Below, piece by piece: positions 30,301-42,432 of a stretch of DNA of 64,000 nucleotides; position 1 is the first letter of the stretch; each line of letters opens with the position of its first letter. The translations under genes and the position numbers were made by a program. The notes under the pieces are model-generated. The model ran no database searches, was not told the origin of the DNA, and was given only the letters and a program-made list of their open reading frames with translations. Source of the DNA: Macrostomum lignano (Eukaryota); NCBI GenBank assembly GCA_002269645.1, contig NIVC01000647.1, forward strand, positions 62,001 through 126,000, in the 5' to 3' direction.

Positions 30301-33300
30301 GCACCAACATCAGCACCAGCACCAGCACCAGCGCCTGGCCGAGCTGGTGCCAGCTGGAGAGGCCGGAGCGGTCATCGAAGGCGACGACATCGAACTGTTC
30401 GCGGCTGACGACGACGACGACAGTTTGGCGCCGAGCGACGCCGAGACGGAGCGAAGTGTCCGAGTTCTGAGGCCGGTGTCCACCCAGCAGCAGTTTGACG
30501 ATCGACACGGCGGTCGGCTGGTTCGACAGCCGCTGCTGCACCGGCTGCGGGACAGGCTGAAGTCGGCCAAGACCGGCTGTCCACCCGATCGGGGGCGCCT
30601 GTGCGGAGCTCTCGTGCAGCTGCTGCCGTTTTTGGGCATCATGCGAGAGTACAACCTGCGGGAGTGGCTGCTGCCCGACCTCATCTCGGGTGAGCCCAGC
30701 TGAGGCCGGAGGGTTGAAGGTTCAACGGGTTTCACTTCCAATGGGTCTATGAGTCAGTAGGTTGACGATTGAGTCAGTAGGTTGATGAATGAGTCAGTAG
30801 GTTGACGAGTGAGTCAGTAGGTTGATGAGTGAGTCAGTAGGTTGATGAATGAGTCAGTAGGTTGATGATTGAGTCAGTAGGTTGATGAATGAGTCAGTAG
30901 GTTGATGAATGAGTCAGTAGGTTGATGAATGAGTCAGTAGGTTGATGAATGAGTGAGTAGGTTGATGAATGAGTCAGTAGGTTGATGAATGAGTCAGTAG
31001 GTTGATGATTGAGTCAGTAGGTTGATGAATGAGTCAGTAGGTTGATGAATGAGTCAGTAGGTTGATGAATGAGTCAGTAGGTTGATGAATGAGTGAGTAG
31101 GTTGATGAATGAGTCAGTAGGTTGATGAATGAGTCAGTAGGTTGATGATTGAGTCAGTAGGTTGATGAATGAGTCAGTAGGTTGATGAGTGAGTCAGTAG
31201 GTTGATGAATGAGTCAGTAGGTTGATGATTGAGTCAGTAGGTTGATGAATGAGTCAGTAGGTTGATGAATGAGTCAGTAGGTTGATGAATGAGTCAGTAG
31301 GTTGATGAGTGAGTCAGTAGGTTGATGAATGAGTCAGTAGGTTGATGATTGAGTCAGTAGGTTGATGATTGATGAAAGAGTCAATACTTTTTTTCCATTA
31401 TTATTCTCATGAGCTCGGATTACTCAATATTACAGTAAAAACGAATGCCTGCATAAAACAGTTCGTACGCTTCACTTCATCAGAATAAAACGCAACTTGC
31501 ATGACTAACAAACCACGTCGTACAATGGCTTAGTTGATTTAAAACAAATGAATTTCTGCTTTCAAGTCAGTTTGCAGTACTGTATTCTTCCTATTGCAAC
31601 AAATTTTCACCTGATTAATTACGCGCGTAAGATTTCATGCTCAGTGGATCAAAATTTTGGCCTGATTATTACACACCTTATTTTATCCGGATTTCGCTCG
31701 AGAGACCTATGTACATTGGCTGTGACGGCTGGGGGCAGAGATGTATTGCCTAACTGAAAGCCTACTGCAATGTACATTGGCTGTGACGGCTGGGGGCAGA
31801 GATGTAATGGTTAACTGAAAGGCTCCTGCAAAGTACATTGGCTGTGACGGCTGGGGGCAGAGATGTATTGCCTAACTGAAAGCCTACTGCAATGTACATT
31901 GGCTGTGACGGCTGGGGGCAGAGATGAAATGGTTAACTGAAAGGCTCCTGCAATGTACATTGGCTGTGACGGCTGGGGGCAGAGATGTATTGGCTAACTG
32001 AAAGGCTCCTGCAATGTACATTGGCTGTGACGGCTGGGGCAGAGATTTAATGGCTAACTGAAAGGCCCCTGCTTATTTCAAACTTTTGCACACCCTTACT
32101 GAGCAAAACATTCTCAATCCACGATTTTTTCAGGCCTGACGGTGGGAATCATGCACATCCCCCAGGGCATGGCGTACGCCTTCCTGGCCGAGCTGCCGCC
32201 CTACCTGGGCCTGTACACCTCCTTCTTCCCTCCTCTGATCTACTTCTTCTTCGGCACATCGCGCCAGATCTCCATGGGCACCTTGGCGATCGTCTCTCTG
32301 CTGATTGGCAGTCTGGTCAGGAAGAACCTGCCGGCGGTTGCTATGCAGGTGACCCCAGCTGGCGATAATGTGACTGCGGAAGCTTTCATAGTCAATGCCA
32401 CCTCGATGGCGACTGACCAGTCGTGGGGATCAGACCCGCTGATACGGAGCAGAGTCTCTCTGGCCTGCGCCACCTGTCTGTGCGTGGGGCTTATTCAGGT
32501 GAGAGATGCGGCAGGTTGGACTTTGATCCCCAGTTGCTGGGCCATGCAGCCTCCCAGATCCCCAGTTGCTGAGCCAGCCTCCCAGACTCTCAGTTGCTAG
32601 GCCAGCCTCCCAGATCATCAGTTGCTAGGCCAGCCTCCCAGATCATCAGTTGCTGGGCCAGCCTCCCATATCCTCAGTTGCTGGGTTTTTTTTGACGCGC
32701 AACTGTCGCCAATTCTCCCAACAACCAGCTGCTCATGGGCATCTTGCGACTCGGGTTTCTAACTCGGTACCTGAGCGACCCGCTAATCTCCGGGTTCACC
32801 ATGGGCGTCGCGGTGCACGTGTTCAGCAGCCAGATCAAGTACGTGCTGGGCATCAGTGTGCCCGGCAGGAATGGCCTGGCCAGTTTGCCCCTGGTGAGTC
32901 TGGGCTTTCATTGAGAATGAGCAGTGAATAGAATGCAAAGCACCCACTGACCTCTCCGGATCGCCAGCACTACTACGATCTGGCCTGCAACATTGGTCAG
33001 ACCAATTTTGTCACCCTGGGCATCGCGGCCGTTGCCGTAGTGATCCTGTACGTCACCAAGGAATTCGTTAATCCGCGAGTTCGCAAGAAGATTAAAGCGC
33101 CTCTGCCGACCGAACTGATCATTGTAAGAATCCGAGTGCTTGCTCAAACAGCTGTCTTTTTTATGCAAATTTTCTCATGTCTGACTTAATCTCTACCAGG
33201 TAACTCTTGGGACAGTGATCTCTTATGCGTTCGATCTTAAGAAGAATTACAACGTTAAAATCGTTGGCACCATTCCGACTGGGTAAGGATGCCGATAGAT

Positions 33301-36300
33301 CAGTTTCCTTGTGTTGACTCCCTGCACCCACCTCACTCCCTGCCCCCACCTCACTCCCTGCACCCACCTCACTCCCTGCCCCCACCTCACTCCCTGCACC
33401 CACCTCACTCCCTGCCCCCACCTCACTCCCTGCACCCACCTTACTCCCTGCACCCACCTCACTTCCTGCACCCACCTCACTGCCTGCACCCACCTCACTT
33501 CCTGCACCCACCTCACTCCCTTCACCCACCTCACTGCCTGCACTCACCTCACTACCTGTGCCCCCTCAATAAGCGACAGCACAAGTGAATAAAGCAGTTG
33601 GCAACAAATCGAAATCCATCAGAATTCCTCCGCCTGAGTTTCCGGACCTCAGCGTTCTGCAGCCCTCGATGGCAGTTGAAATCATCACTGTGGCCATCAT
33701 TGCTTTCTCGGTTTGCGTTTCTTTGGCTAAAATATTTGGCAAAAAGTACAACTACGAAGTGGCGCCCAGTCAGGTGAGTTCAAGCTGTACTTTGGCTTGA
33801 GTTGGCGTGGTGAGTTTGTTATATTACATTGTCTGTATCGCCAACCATGAACCACAGCTTGCATAGATGGAATTGAGAATGTCGAATGTCCTGAGCACAT
33901 ACAGCTCTCCAATACTGTACTCAGGCACAGCACTCATGCACACGCTCACACAGGGTGTACAGCGGGCTGACTTTCTAATCGTCAGGCATGTGCACTCTCT
34001 GTGCCTTCGGGGGTTGTCCCTCATGGCTGTGAATCGACAACCCCTGGCCAATTTTCGTGCGCACCAGCCCCAAATGAATGTGGCCGCGTAATGGAATCGA
34101 ACCAGGGGTCGTGGCGCGAGTCAGACGCGTTAACCGCAGATCCATACCTCTGAAAGGCACGAATTGAAGCACACCTGACTGCACACCCACCACCAGGAGC
34201 TCATAGCCTACGGCATCTGCAACACCGTCGGTGCCTTCTTCCACTGCTGGCCAGCCGGCTCCTCCCTGTCCCGCTCCGCTGTCCAGGACAGCATGGGCGG
34301 CAAGACCCAGGTGGCCGCTCTGGTCTCCTCAACGCTGCTGCTGCTCGTGCTGCTGTTTGTTGGCAAATATTTCGAGACCGTGCCCAACTGCTGCCTGTCC
34401 GCCATCATCCTGGTTGCCATCAAGGGCATGCTGGAGCAGGTCAAGGAGGCGCCGATCCTGTGGCGCCTGTCGCCCTACGACTTTTGGACTTGGATTGTCA
34501 CCTGCCTGGGCGTGGTGCTGCTATCAGTTGACTACGGCCTCATCATGGGCCTGGCCTTCTCTGTGTTCAGTATCATCGTACGAACTCAATCGCCAACCTC
34601 GTCAATTTTGGGTAGAATTACTGGGACGGATCTGTACAAAAATGTGCACGCGTACGATGATGTGAGTGGCTAATTGCGAATTCAGTGTTTCATATCAGTG
34701 TAATATCCCTGCACCCACCTCACTCCCTACACCCACCTCACTCCCTGCTCTCACCTCACTCCCTGCACCCACCTCACTCCCTACACCCACCTCACTCCCT
34801 GCACTCACCTCACTCCCTACACCCACCTCACTCCCTGCACCCACCTCACTCCCTACACCCACCTCACTTCCTGCAGCCATCGCACTCCCTACACCCACAT
34901 CACTCCCTGCACCCACATCACTCCCTGCACCTACATCACTCCCTGCATCCACCTCACTCCCCGCATCACCTCACTCCATACACCCACATCACTCCCTGCA
35001 CCTACATCACTCCCTGCATCCACCTCACTCCCCGCATCACCTCACTCCCTACACCCACATCACTCCCTGCACCCACCTCACTCCCTGCACCCACCTCACT
35101 CCCTACACCCACCTCACTCCCTGCACTCACCTCACTCCTTGCACCCACCTCACTTCCTGCAGCCATATCACTCCCTGCATCCACCTCACTCCCCGCACCA
35201 CCTCACTCCCTAAACCCACCTCCCTGCACCCACCTCACTCCCTACACCTACATCACTTCCTGCATCCACCTCACTCCCTGCACCCACATCACTCCCTGCA
35301 CCCACATCACTCCCTGCACCTACATCACTCCCTGCATCCACCTCACTCCCCGCACCACCTCACTTCTGCATTCACCAGATTGAAGAGGTCGCCGGCCTCA
35401 AGATCTTCCGTTTCGAGGGCTCCCTGTACTTTGCCTGCGCCGAGAACTTCCGCGAAAGCCTCTACCGCAAAACCGGCGTCAATCCGCGTCGTGTCGTTCA
35501 GCAACGCCGTCGTCTAGGGGAAAAGTACGCTCGGGTAACCGCCACCTCCGATGCGTCTGCGGCGACTGTCAAGCGGACCTTCACCCGCATGAGCGAGTCG
35601 GAGAAGGCCGAAGCGGCCAAGGCGGTGGGCCTGGACTGGCCACGCGTACCTGTTCAGCACGTGATTCTTGACGCCTCCACCTGGGGCTACATCGACTATG
35701 TTGGAGTCCGGGCGCTCAGCCAGGCCATTCAGGAGTACCGGGATATTGGGGTGGCAGTTTATATCGCTAATCCCAAGTGTGAGTTCGGGTTTATCTGGCA
35801 AATGCAGAAATTCATATGCCATAGATTTATGCCATGGTCAGGCTTCCATTTATTGCCATTAAATCAAACCAATTACAGCCTAATTGCATACGGCTTGAGC
35901 CATCTTTTGTCGCTATTTCGCTATTTTGTCGCTTTGAACATGTATACAGTATCAAGCGTGTGATTTGATTGCGCAATTAATGAGGGCGTCAACCAGCTTT
36001 AAAAGCGCAAAACGTTTAACCACTCACCCAGACCCAACCCCTCACCATGCAAGCCTGCAGCCCCTCCCAGCCCAACCCGTCACCCGGCCCAACAACCCTC
36101 ACTCAATCCAACCCCTCACCCAGCCCAACCCCTCACCAAGCCCAACTCCTCACCCAGCCCAACCCCTCACCCAGCCCAACCCCTCACCCAGCCCAACCCC
36201 TCACCCAGCCCAACCCTCACCCAGCCCAACCCCCCACCCAGCCCGATCCCTCACCCAGCCCAACCCTCAACCAGCCCAACCCCCACCCAGCCCGACCCCT

Positions 36301-36608
36301 CACCCAGCCCGACCCCTCACTCAATTTCAGGTGGCATCCGTGCCTGTCTGGAGCGCTCCGATTTCTACGAGAAGAACCGGTACGACATAATTTACGTGTC
36401 GGTGCACGACGCGGTCCTGGCCGCTCAGTTCGACCAGCGCGCCGCTCTAAGAAAATCCGAGCAGCAGCTGCTCTCGGCTTCATCGGCTGCTATTAAAGTC
36501 TCGTCACCAACTGACGGCGAGACTAGCGCCGCTGCCCAACTGAGGAAGAGAGCTGAAGCGAACGGAGCTGAGCAGGATGATTCAGCCAAGGCCGTCACCA
36601 AAGTTTAG
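27334..36608 (+). CDS. SLC26: SLC26 (SulP) anion transporter with STAS domain, prestin/SLC26A6-like, about 898 aa, 12 exons
   Basis: Exons 27334-27367, 27474-27532, 29824-29881, 30207-30689, 32134-32498, 32729-32893, 32968-33123, 33200-33282, 33623-33773, 34197-34661, 35379-35778 and 36331-36608; 2697 nt, all GT-AG and in phase. Signature DLISGLTVGIMHIPQGMAYA, also GLYTSFFP, GTSRQIS, GFTMGVAVHVFSSQ, ELIAYG and GSSLSRS. STAS motifs IFRFEGSLYFA and VILDASTWGYID. A possible extra in-frame exon lies at 24980-25021. The three micro-exons are less certain than the core. Confidence 0.92.
27610..29190. repeat. Intronic minisatellite, 21-bp unit GTGTCTGTCTTGATATCTATA
   Basis: About 75 copies; source of the 530-aa SIVSVLI ORF. 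Confidence 0.96.
29978..30110. repeat. Minisatellite, about 46-bp unit GAGATTAGATCTGAGAGAGAAGATTCTCACCGTTCACACACCACGT
   Basis: About 3 copies in an SLC26 intron. Confidence 0.85.
30750..31375. repeat. Intronic minisatellite, 20-bp unit GAGTCAGTAGGTTGATGAAT
   Basis: About 31 copies shortly after the donor at 30690. Confidence 0.96.
31711..32070. repeat. Intronic minisatellite, 61-bp unit with alternating variants
   Basis: Period 61 (31711, 31772, 31833); about 6 copies just upstream of the acceptor at 32133. Confidence 0.93.
32520..32680. repeat. Intronic 28-bp repeat, inverted relative of the 7920 array
   Basis: Unit GCCAGCCTCCCAGATCxxCAGTTGCTGG is the reverse complement of the 7920 unit. 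Confidence 0.88.
33320..33555. repeat. Intronic 18-bp minisatellite CACCCACCTCACTCCCTG
   Basis: About 13 copies; the same family recurs at 34705-35370. Confidence 0.93.
34705..35370. repeat. Intronic 18-bp minisatellite CACCCACCTCACTCCCTG (second array)
   Basis: About 37 copies running up to the acceptor at 35378. Confidence 0.93.
36020..36322. repeat. Intronic 17-bp minisatellite TCACCCAGCCCAACCCC
   Basis: Degenerate copies ending at the last SLC26 acceptor (36330). Confidence 0.9.
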
Positions 36609-37550
36609 GCAAAACAATGCCGGATTTCAGAGACGTTGATTCGGTTGATAACTGCTTAAAAGTTTATCTTTATAAAAATTATCAAGAGCTACTTTTTAGA
36701 AAATAAAACAAAACAGAAATTCAAATTTATGATCAAATAAAAATGCTTATAAAATTAACTCTTGGTATTTATTACTGAAATCAAGTTGATTAATGTCATG
36801 AATTTTTTTCATCACAAAAAATCAAATTCTGCTTGTTTTTAGGTTTAAACTGTCAATTTTAACTCGAGAGAGTCGAAATGTTTCAATTTAAATTCGTGCC
36901 ACTTCGATTATTTCCCGAATAACAACAATAAGCTTTTTAATTCAGACACTACCACATAAAATTAAAATCTCTTTTTTGGCCCGAATATTTGAATATTTGA
37001 TTATTTCGAGGTAATTTTTTCAGCAAAAATATAATTTTCCGATTTTTCGTCATACTCATGCTAGTATTTGTTAATATTGGTTGATTTCATTTAAGCGGTT
37101 GATTTTCTTCTTTTTATTCAGTTTGAAATCCAATCAATAGCTAAACTATTTACAAAAATGTATTTATGCAGGCACCTTTAATCAAAATAAGTAGCACATT
37201 TATATTTATTGCACAAGATATCAATTAAGAGAAAAAATAAACACATCGTGGCTAGCTGCGAGCTTTCCAAAATCTTTTCAAACTGGGAATCTTAGTTTTC
37301 CTGAATTTTGTCGTTCATTATTTTTCCCATCAACCATCCATTAAAACAAAATTCTAAATCATGGTTGCCAAAACAAACAGACGCAATCGAAAATATTAAA
37401 CATAGCCATGATTCAATGAGGAATTCAACATACTCATAAAGTTAGTCGTAGAACGAACTGTTAAACCGGTTTGCAAGCGTTTGTTAATGATAAATGGTTC
37501 GCTTCCTTTGATTATTGACTCCTTACAATCAAGGCAGCAAACGAATTACG

Positions 37551-39664
37551 TCAGTCACCCATGCAGCATCCCAGGCTGCCAGCCTTCCGGGTTCTTTCGA
37601 ACGCGTCCGTGTGCTTGTTGTGGTTGACGATCTCCCATTTCTTCATCCACGGACCGGAGATCACTGCGCTGAACTCATCAGCTGCGGATTCGTCCCTGGC
37701 CATGGACTCCAGCTGGGCTCTGTTCCGGTCCACAGAGTCGAAGCTGTCCCAGTCTGGCCGGAAGTCCGGCTCCCCGTCGCGGCGCACCTCACAGGTGGGC
37801 TTGAGGCCGAACAAGCCAGCCGGGGTGCCCGTGCGCTGCCAGCGGAAGTCGATGGACCAGCGCACCACGTCCGAGCGGTTGTTGAGGCTCCGGTGCGGTG
37901 TGAAGTTGTTGAACAGCAGGAAAGAGCCGTACGGCACGTCAAGAGTCACGGGGTCCTTGGCCATGTCCACGCCAAACTCCTTCTCGATGATGTCCTCGTC
38001 CAGGTCAATGTACCAGGTGGGCCCGGCGCAGCAGGTGTGCTTGGCGATGTAGCCGTCCCGGTGGCAGCCCGGCACCATCTGCAGGGTGCCGTTCTGCTCG
38101 TTAGTGTCCAGCAGTGGCACCCAGGCGGTGACGATAAGCGTGTTGTAGGACTCCACGTCGAAGTAGCCGCTGTCCTGATGCCAGGGAACCGTGCTGGCGG
38201 CGTTGTTTGGCGTCTTGGTGCGCAGGTTCCACACCGGGTTGAAAGAGATGTTCGGGCCGACGATGTCCTCGAGGAGGTTCAGCATTCGCTCGTGAGCGGC
38301 AATGGCCCGGAACGAGGGCGGCAAGGTGGACAGTTTGTGAAGCACTATGTTGGCACCGGGGAAGTCACGCTCGATGGCGCAAAGGCGGTGGTAGAATCCG
38401 AGGCCCTCGTGCTTGTCTGGCGTGAAGTTTTCAGTGTTAAGTCAGTAAAGTAAAAAATAATTAGCTAGAATATGTGCCGCATGGTGCAGTGCTACATCTC
38501 AGAAAGTGTCGAATTCAATGAGCTCTGTTCTTACTGACATCACGCTTAAATTAAGCTCAGATATTACATTACTGACATAGTGTTTACACCAAGCTTTGAT
38601 CTTGCTGACATCATGTTAACACCAAGCTCTAATATTTACTGACATCGTGTTTACACCAAGCACTGTTCTTACTGATATCGTGTTTGCCCCAAGCTCTGAT
38701 CTTTACTGACATCGCATTTGCACCAAGCTCTGATTTTTACTGACATCGCATTTGCACCAAGCTCTGATCTTTACTGACATCGCATTTGCACCAAGCTCTG
38801 ATCTTTACTGACATCGCATTTGCACCAAGCTCTGATCTTTACTGACATCGCATTTGCACCAAGCTCAGATCTTGCTGACATCGTGATAACACCAAGCTTT
38901 GATCTTATACTGACATTGCGTTTGCCCCAAGCTCTGATCTTACTGACATTGCGTTTACACCAAGCTCTGATCTTTACTGACATTGCGTTCGCCTCAAGCT
39001 CTGATCTTACTGACATTGCGTCTGCACCAAGCTCTGATCTTACTGACATTGCGTTTGCCCCAAGCTCTGATCTTACTGACATTGCGTTTGCACCAAGCTC
39101 TGATCTCGCTGACATCGTGTTTACACCAAGCTCTGATCTTTACTTACATTGCGTTTGCACCAAGCTCTGATCTTACTGACATCGTGTTTACACCAAGCTC
39201 TTACTGACGTACCAGCAGCTTCAAGCCAGCACTCACAGTTCACCACATCTTACTGACGCCAAGCCCTCAAGACTGGAATTTCCGGGCCCGTCCGCATGGC
39301 GACCTTACTATTTTGGTGAAGTACGTTGGCACAGACCTTGTGTGATTTAGACTCAAAAGGGACAGTCACGAGAGCACAGAAGTCAGGGCAATATAAAGTC
39401 ACATAATTAACAATCACCTTTGATCTTGCCGGCATTATACAGTTTATCCGCCAGCTCAGAGACTTTCACCGTAATGTCAGCTTTAACAGCGTCCAGCTCC
39501 TCTTTGGCGAAGAAGTCTCGCACCAGGGTGAAGCCTCGAGTGTAGAATTCGTCCAGCTGTGCCCGACTCAGCTGGCCCGGCTTGTTGCCTTTGGCCGGCC
39601 GCTCCTTGAACAGCTCGGGGTGCCGCTCGCCAGTGTAGCCTGGATTGGAGGCGCTGCTCGTCAT
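37551..39664 (-). CDS. PhyH-family 2-oxoglutarate/Fe(II) dioxygenase (phytanoyl-CoA dioxygenase domain), 370 aa, 2 exons
   Basis: Exons 39664-39418 and 38416-37551, 1113 nt, phase 1. N-terminal LSRAQLDEFYTRGFTLVRDFF; HxD motif VPWHQDSGY; AWVPLLD..EQNGTLQMVPGCH; distal His/Arg in TPHRSLNNRSDVVRWSIDFRW. Confidence 0.92.
38560..39205. repeat. Intronic 33-34-bp minisatellite ACTGACATCGCATTTGCACCAAGCTCTGATCTTT
   Basis: About 19 copies in the PhyH intron. Confidence 0.94.
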
Positions 39665-40816
39665 TGCAAAATTTCTGTAAAAAATTTCGCTAACTCAACT
39701 CAACTTGGAAGTTGGGTTCGTGCGATAAAAAGGCACAAAACTGTCTGTGTCTGTTTTTATACAGCACAGTTGTATAACAAGTTGATAACAAGTCTTGTGA
39801 AAATAAACTAAGCAGAATACACGATTGAGGGTGTACGACATGATATAACAGATAAGCAAATTCTCGGAGGTCTGTCATATGTTGGCACATAGGTGAGGTT
39901 TTATAATATTAAGCCACAAGCACAAGCTGTGCTGCACGATAGAAGCTTCCTATTAGGGTTAGGCGTGATTCCTTATCTCTGTAGTATATAAAGTATTTAC
40001 CACTGCAATTATTTTTAGCTTAAATTCTCAATCGGCAATAAATATGAGTTTACAAATTTCTGGCACTGTATCATTATTTCTTAGTTAGTCTACTACTATT
40101 GCTTCAAATTAAAACTAAATAAGGTTTATGCATTTCTAGCTATTTTTGGATCACTAGTATGACTATTTAGTTATATTCTATTTATTATAGATTAAAACAA
40201 TACTTAACAGACACAAGAAATGTAATACAACAATATATTATAGCAAATTTAGCTATAGAATAATAAGAATAAAATCAAACTTTCATTTCCTGTGATTCAT
40301 GTAATTGCTTGTTAATATTAATAAAACAAAAGCCAAAAAGCCAAAAAAATATGAAAAAAATTACCTAAGATCAGAAGTCAGAGATCAGAGATCAGAAATT
40401 ACCTAAGTCAGTAAGATCAGAGCTTGGTGCAAACGCAATGACAGTAAATTTAAATTTAACATCAATTAATATCAGTCCTATAACACAAAGAAATTTCTGC
40501 TCAATACAATAATTTTCAAGATTAAAAACTTATCTAACAAACTTTTATGGTTATGGCATGGTGAAAATTAACCATCAAAACATGAAACACACAGTAAGAA
40601 ACTAAAATCGTAAAATCTAATTTTTGCTTGAAAAAGAGGGCTAAATGTTACCAAAAAAAGTTTGTTTAGGATTGTAAAACAATTACTTCGAATTTCTGCT
40701 ACGAGTATTATCTACGACCAGCGTCTTGAGCTGTTCTGCATACTCTTTCTGAGAAAATCCCGATAGTTAAAGAATTCTGAAGAATTGCAATTTCGTAGGG
40801 TATTTTCATAAATTCA

Positions 40817-41066
40817 CAGTGGCAGATTTAACCGGGCGGGAGGCGGAGAATATTAGGGTAGAAAAGGTCCTCACCGCCCTCAGTTTGTTAAGTATGGCGC
40901 CCCTTTAGTGTATTATGGGGCCCCTCTAATGTATATTATGGCGCCCTTGTAGAGCATTATGGCGCCCATGTAGTGAATTATGGCGCCCCTCTATAGTGTA
41001 TATTATGACGCCCCCACTAATGTTTAAAATCCACCCCATCATTTTATATTTCTAAATCCGCCTCTG
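40817..41066. mobile_element. Non-autonomous hAT-type MITE, 250 bp
   Basis: Imperfect 14-bp TIRs: CAGTGGCAGATTTA and reverse-complement CAGAGGCGGATTTA (12/14). Perfect 8-bp TSD TAAATTCA at 40809-40816 and 41067-41074. Internal TATTATGGCGCCC subrepeats. An 8-bp TSD is characteristic of the hAT superfamily. Confidence 0.88.
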
Positions 41067-42432
41067 TAAATTCATTTAAATATTAAAAAATGTTGCTCCT
41101 GCTCCCAAGCGCGAGTTATACTTTCTATTAAATAACTAGACGATTCATAGAATTTTTAGCATTCAAAATTATCTATATTGGGATTATCACACCAACAAGG
41201 CAAATAATTATATCACTTACTACCTAGAGGAGTTATCGATCTATATTTTATTGATATTTAAATTGATCACTTTCTGATCTTATGAATAGACAGTTTTTTT
41301 GCAAACACTTGTTTTATTAACGTCTTAAAATTATGCTCGTACAACACACGACGCAAGAGATTGCATACTCGCATGAGACCGAATAGCTATTGCCGTAGAT
41401 ATGAAGCACACGTGACGTTGTCAGTTTAAGTAGCCCCGCCAAGGGCCGTTTTAGCATACGGTACCAATCTATAATATTGTTGGTTCGTACTCTCACGTCT
41501 GCTTAAAGTATAATGCCCAAAGAATTTTAATCAGCTTGCGTACATTTGTAAAGCCTGCGTACAGTGCGCGATCAATAATTTCTGTTTTCTGTTTTTTTCC
41601 AGCCGGCCAATAGAAAAGCCGCGCATTAATTATGTTAAGTTCTCCGCGCGCACCCACCCGCAGCCCGCTCTTTATCAGTCCTGTCTGGCTGGGGCGCTCG
41701 GGGCCTTTACCCCGTTCCTGTTTTTCTGCCCCGTTAGCCAGCCTTAGGCTCCTTAGACTGTCGCCGCCCCGGCACTCCGTGTTTGCTTGCCTTCTCTCCG
41801 CCTCACTCCGCCACGGTTCTTAATCACGCCTCTGCCAAGCCTCAGTCACGCCACTTCTACTGTCTGTTCGAGCTCTCACTACCGAGCACCGCCTGCACCG
41901 CACGTTCACCGCCATCACTTCGTCACCATTGCCTCAAATTCATCGACCTACTCTGCCTTCTACCATCTAACTTATTGTTGTGTAACCGCCAGTGCATCGT
42001 TTACGAATCCAACTAGTACTTTAACCTCTGTTGGCCGCCCAGACGGAATTAATAATAGCAAGCCTAACTGTCCTCTCATACGCTACAATAAACAAAGTCT
42101 GCGGCCATTGCCCGCATCAGTCGCCATTATTGCCAAGTGCTACCGCTACAAAAATTGCCTCGGCCGTATTGTCTTCGTTGATTATTTCCGGGGCCGCCAC
42201 ATTATCGTCACACAGACTCAAAGAAAATGGGTTTTATATTGTAACATTTATTTCCCTCTGTTTTTTAAGTTTAACAAAAAGTGTTTTTATTCATGCAATA
42301 TACTCGTAACTATAATATACATCCAGCATGTTTTAACAACTAAATTTAGCACGGAATGAGTGTAAAAAGCACTATTAAGATACAAAATCATCCCGATCCG
42401 CGGTCCTTAACCCAGGAAGAAACAGATAGCAG

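Noticed and set aside
26572-32070. CRISPR-like appearance of the 44-bp and 61-bp arrays
   Set aside because: Units are contiguous with no unique spacers, there are no cas genes, and the context is eukaryotic introns.
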